Below, in pieces: positions 62,680-64,000 of a DNA stretch of 64,000 nt (its first letter is position 1; every line of letters begins with the position of its first letter). Both the position numbers and the translations under genes were made by a program. Where the stretch lies: positions 134,478,001 to 134,542,000 of the forward strand of contig NC_042999.1 in NCBI RefSeq assembly GCF_006345805.1, written 5' to 3'. The notes under the pieces were generated by a model. It made no database searches and had not been told where the DNA came from. It was given only the letters and a program-made list of their open reading frames with translations. The stretch comes from Octopus sinensis. Taxonomy: Eukaryota.

Positions 62680-63173
62680 ATACTATAATCATAAATGATT
62701 ATATATTGAATTTTGAGATACTAGGAGGCACCAACTCAACTCAGTATCAGAGCGAGCTAGAATCCGCAACTAGTATCACCGAATTCAAATTTGTGAATGA
62801 AACGATTGTGTCAACAGCCCCTTCCCACCCGCGTGTAGCCAAAACAAGATGCTGTGGTCATCTACTGAGATAAAATATGGTTATCCGTAATAATGAAGGG
62901 TGAAATTAATTAATTTGGAATAATTATCAATTACACCAAGTAGTCTTCGGCATGTAAAAGCCTCATTCGAGGAAAATTTAAGTAATACTAAGCAATAAGG
63001 GTTTAGCAACGAATTGCCTTACCACATACCGAATTTAGAAATAGCAGTCAAAGGGTTATAGCTATTTCTTCTACTAAAAAGGGAGATCTCAGTAAAAACA
63101 GCAATTGGAAGGCTGACACAAACAGGTAAGAGAGAATGAATTAACTGCAATCTATCAAACATTTTTAAAGTTA

Positions 63174-63280
63174 TCTACGGACGTACGTTTCGAAATCAAG
63201 TTTTTAGGAAAGCATAAGAATTAAATATTAAATATTAAATAATTCTATCTTACCGAAACTTCTTTTCTCTTCAGCGTAGA
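63174..63280 (-). ncRNA. Canonical type I hammerhead ribozyme, unit 2
   Basis: Identical to unit 1. Confidence 0.9.
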
Positions 63281-63773
63281 ATACTATAATCATAAATGAT
63301 TATATATTGAATTTTGAGATACTAGGAGGCACCAACTCAACTCAGTATCAGAGCGAGCTAGAATCCGCAACTAGTATCACCGAATTCAAATTTGTGAATG
63401 AAACGATTGTGTCAACAGCCCCTTCCCACCCGCGTGTAGCCAAAACAAGATGCTGTGGTCATCTACTGAGATAAAATATGGTTATCCGTAATAATGAAGG
63501 GTGAAATTAATTAATTTGGAATAATTATCAATTACACCAAGTAGTCTTCGGCATGTAAAAGCCTCATTCGAGGAAAATTTAAGTAATACTAAGCAATAAG
63601 GGTTTAGCAACGAATTGCCTTACCACATACCGAATTTAGAAATAGCAGTCAAAGGGTTATAGCTATTTCTTCTACTAAAAAGGGAGATCTCAGTAAAAAC
63701 AGCAATTAGAAGGCTGACACAAACAGGTAAGAGAGAATGAATTAACTGCAATCTATCAACATTTTTAAAGTTA

Positions 63774-63880
63774 TCTACGGACGTACGTTTCGAAATCAAG
63801 TTTTTAGGAAAGCATAAGAATTAAATATTAAATATTAAATAATTCTATCTTACCGAAACTTCTTTTCTCTTCAGCGTAGA
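63774..63880 (-). ncRNA. Canonical type I hammerhead ribozyme, unit 3
   Basis: Identical to unit 1. Confidence 0.9.
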
Positions 63881-64000
63881 ATACTATAATCATAAATGAT
63901 TATATATTGAATTTTGAGATACTAGGAGGCACCAACTCAACTCAGTATCAGAGCGAGCTAGAATCCGCAACTAGTATCACCGAATTCAAATTTGTGAATG

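Larger units (their letters stand above)
62385..64000 (-). mobile_element. Tandem array of 601-bp hammerhead-containing units (retrozyme/PLE-pLTR-like), runs off the window
   Basis: Units start at 62385, 62986 and 63587. I find only two differences among them (G>A at 63708 and a 1-nt deletion near 63758). No ORF of 60 aa or more. Confidence 0.9.

Overview
AT-rich, microsatellite-laden eukaryotic DNA. The SINE families match those I recognise from octopus genomes (inference, not a database result). I find no host protein-coding gene, and nearly all ORF-track entries are simple-repeat artefacts. The window is a mobile-element ecosystem with five parts. (1) A near-intact 5.4-kb Tx1/L1-clade LINE (52099-57535, minus; ORF1 zinc knuckle, ORF2 APE-RT-CCHC, one single-base frameshift in each ORF) sits inside the tRNA-derived head of a CORE-type SINE with a perfect 16-bp TSD. 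(2) Three further Tx1-type fragments occur; two of them belong to one family and both sit in (TATC)n tracts in the same polarity. (3) Three tRNA-derived SINE families are present; one shares its 3' tail and a covarying terminal hairpin with the Tx1 LINEs and forms head-inserted tandem arrays. (4) Penelope-like element (PLE) remnants accompany nine type I hammerhead ribozyme motifs with intact cores, including a nearly homogeneous 601-bp tandem array (62385-64000) with one canonical hammerhead per unit, i.e. a retrozyme/circRNA-like locus. (5) Decayed R4/Dong, RTE and CR1 LINEs, a deleted mariner, and hAT and Tigger-like MITEs fill the rest. A 100-N gap lies at 15482-15581.
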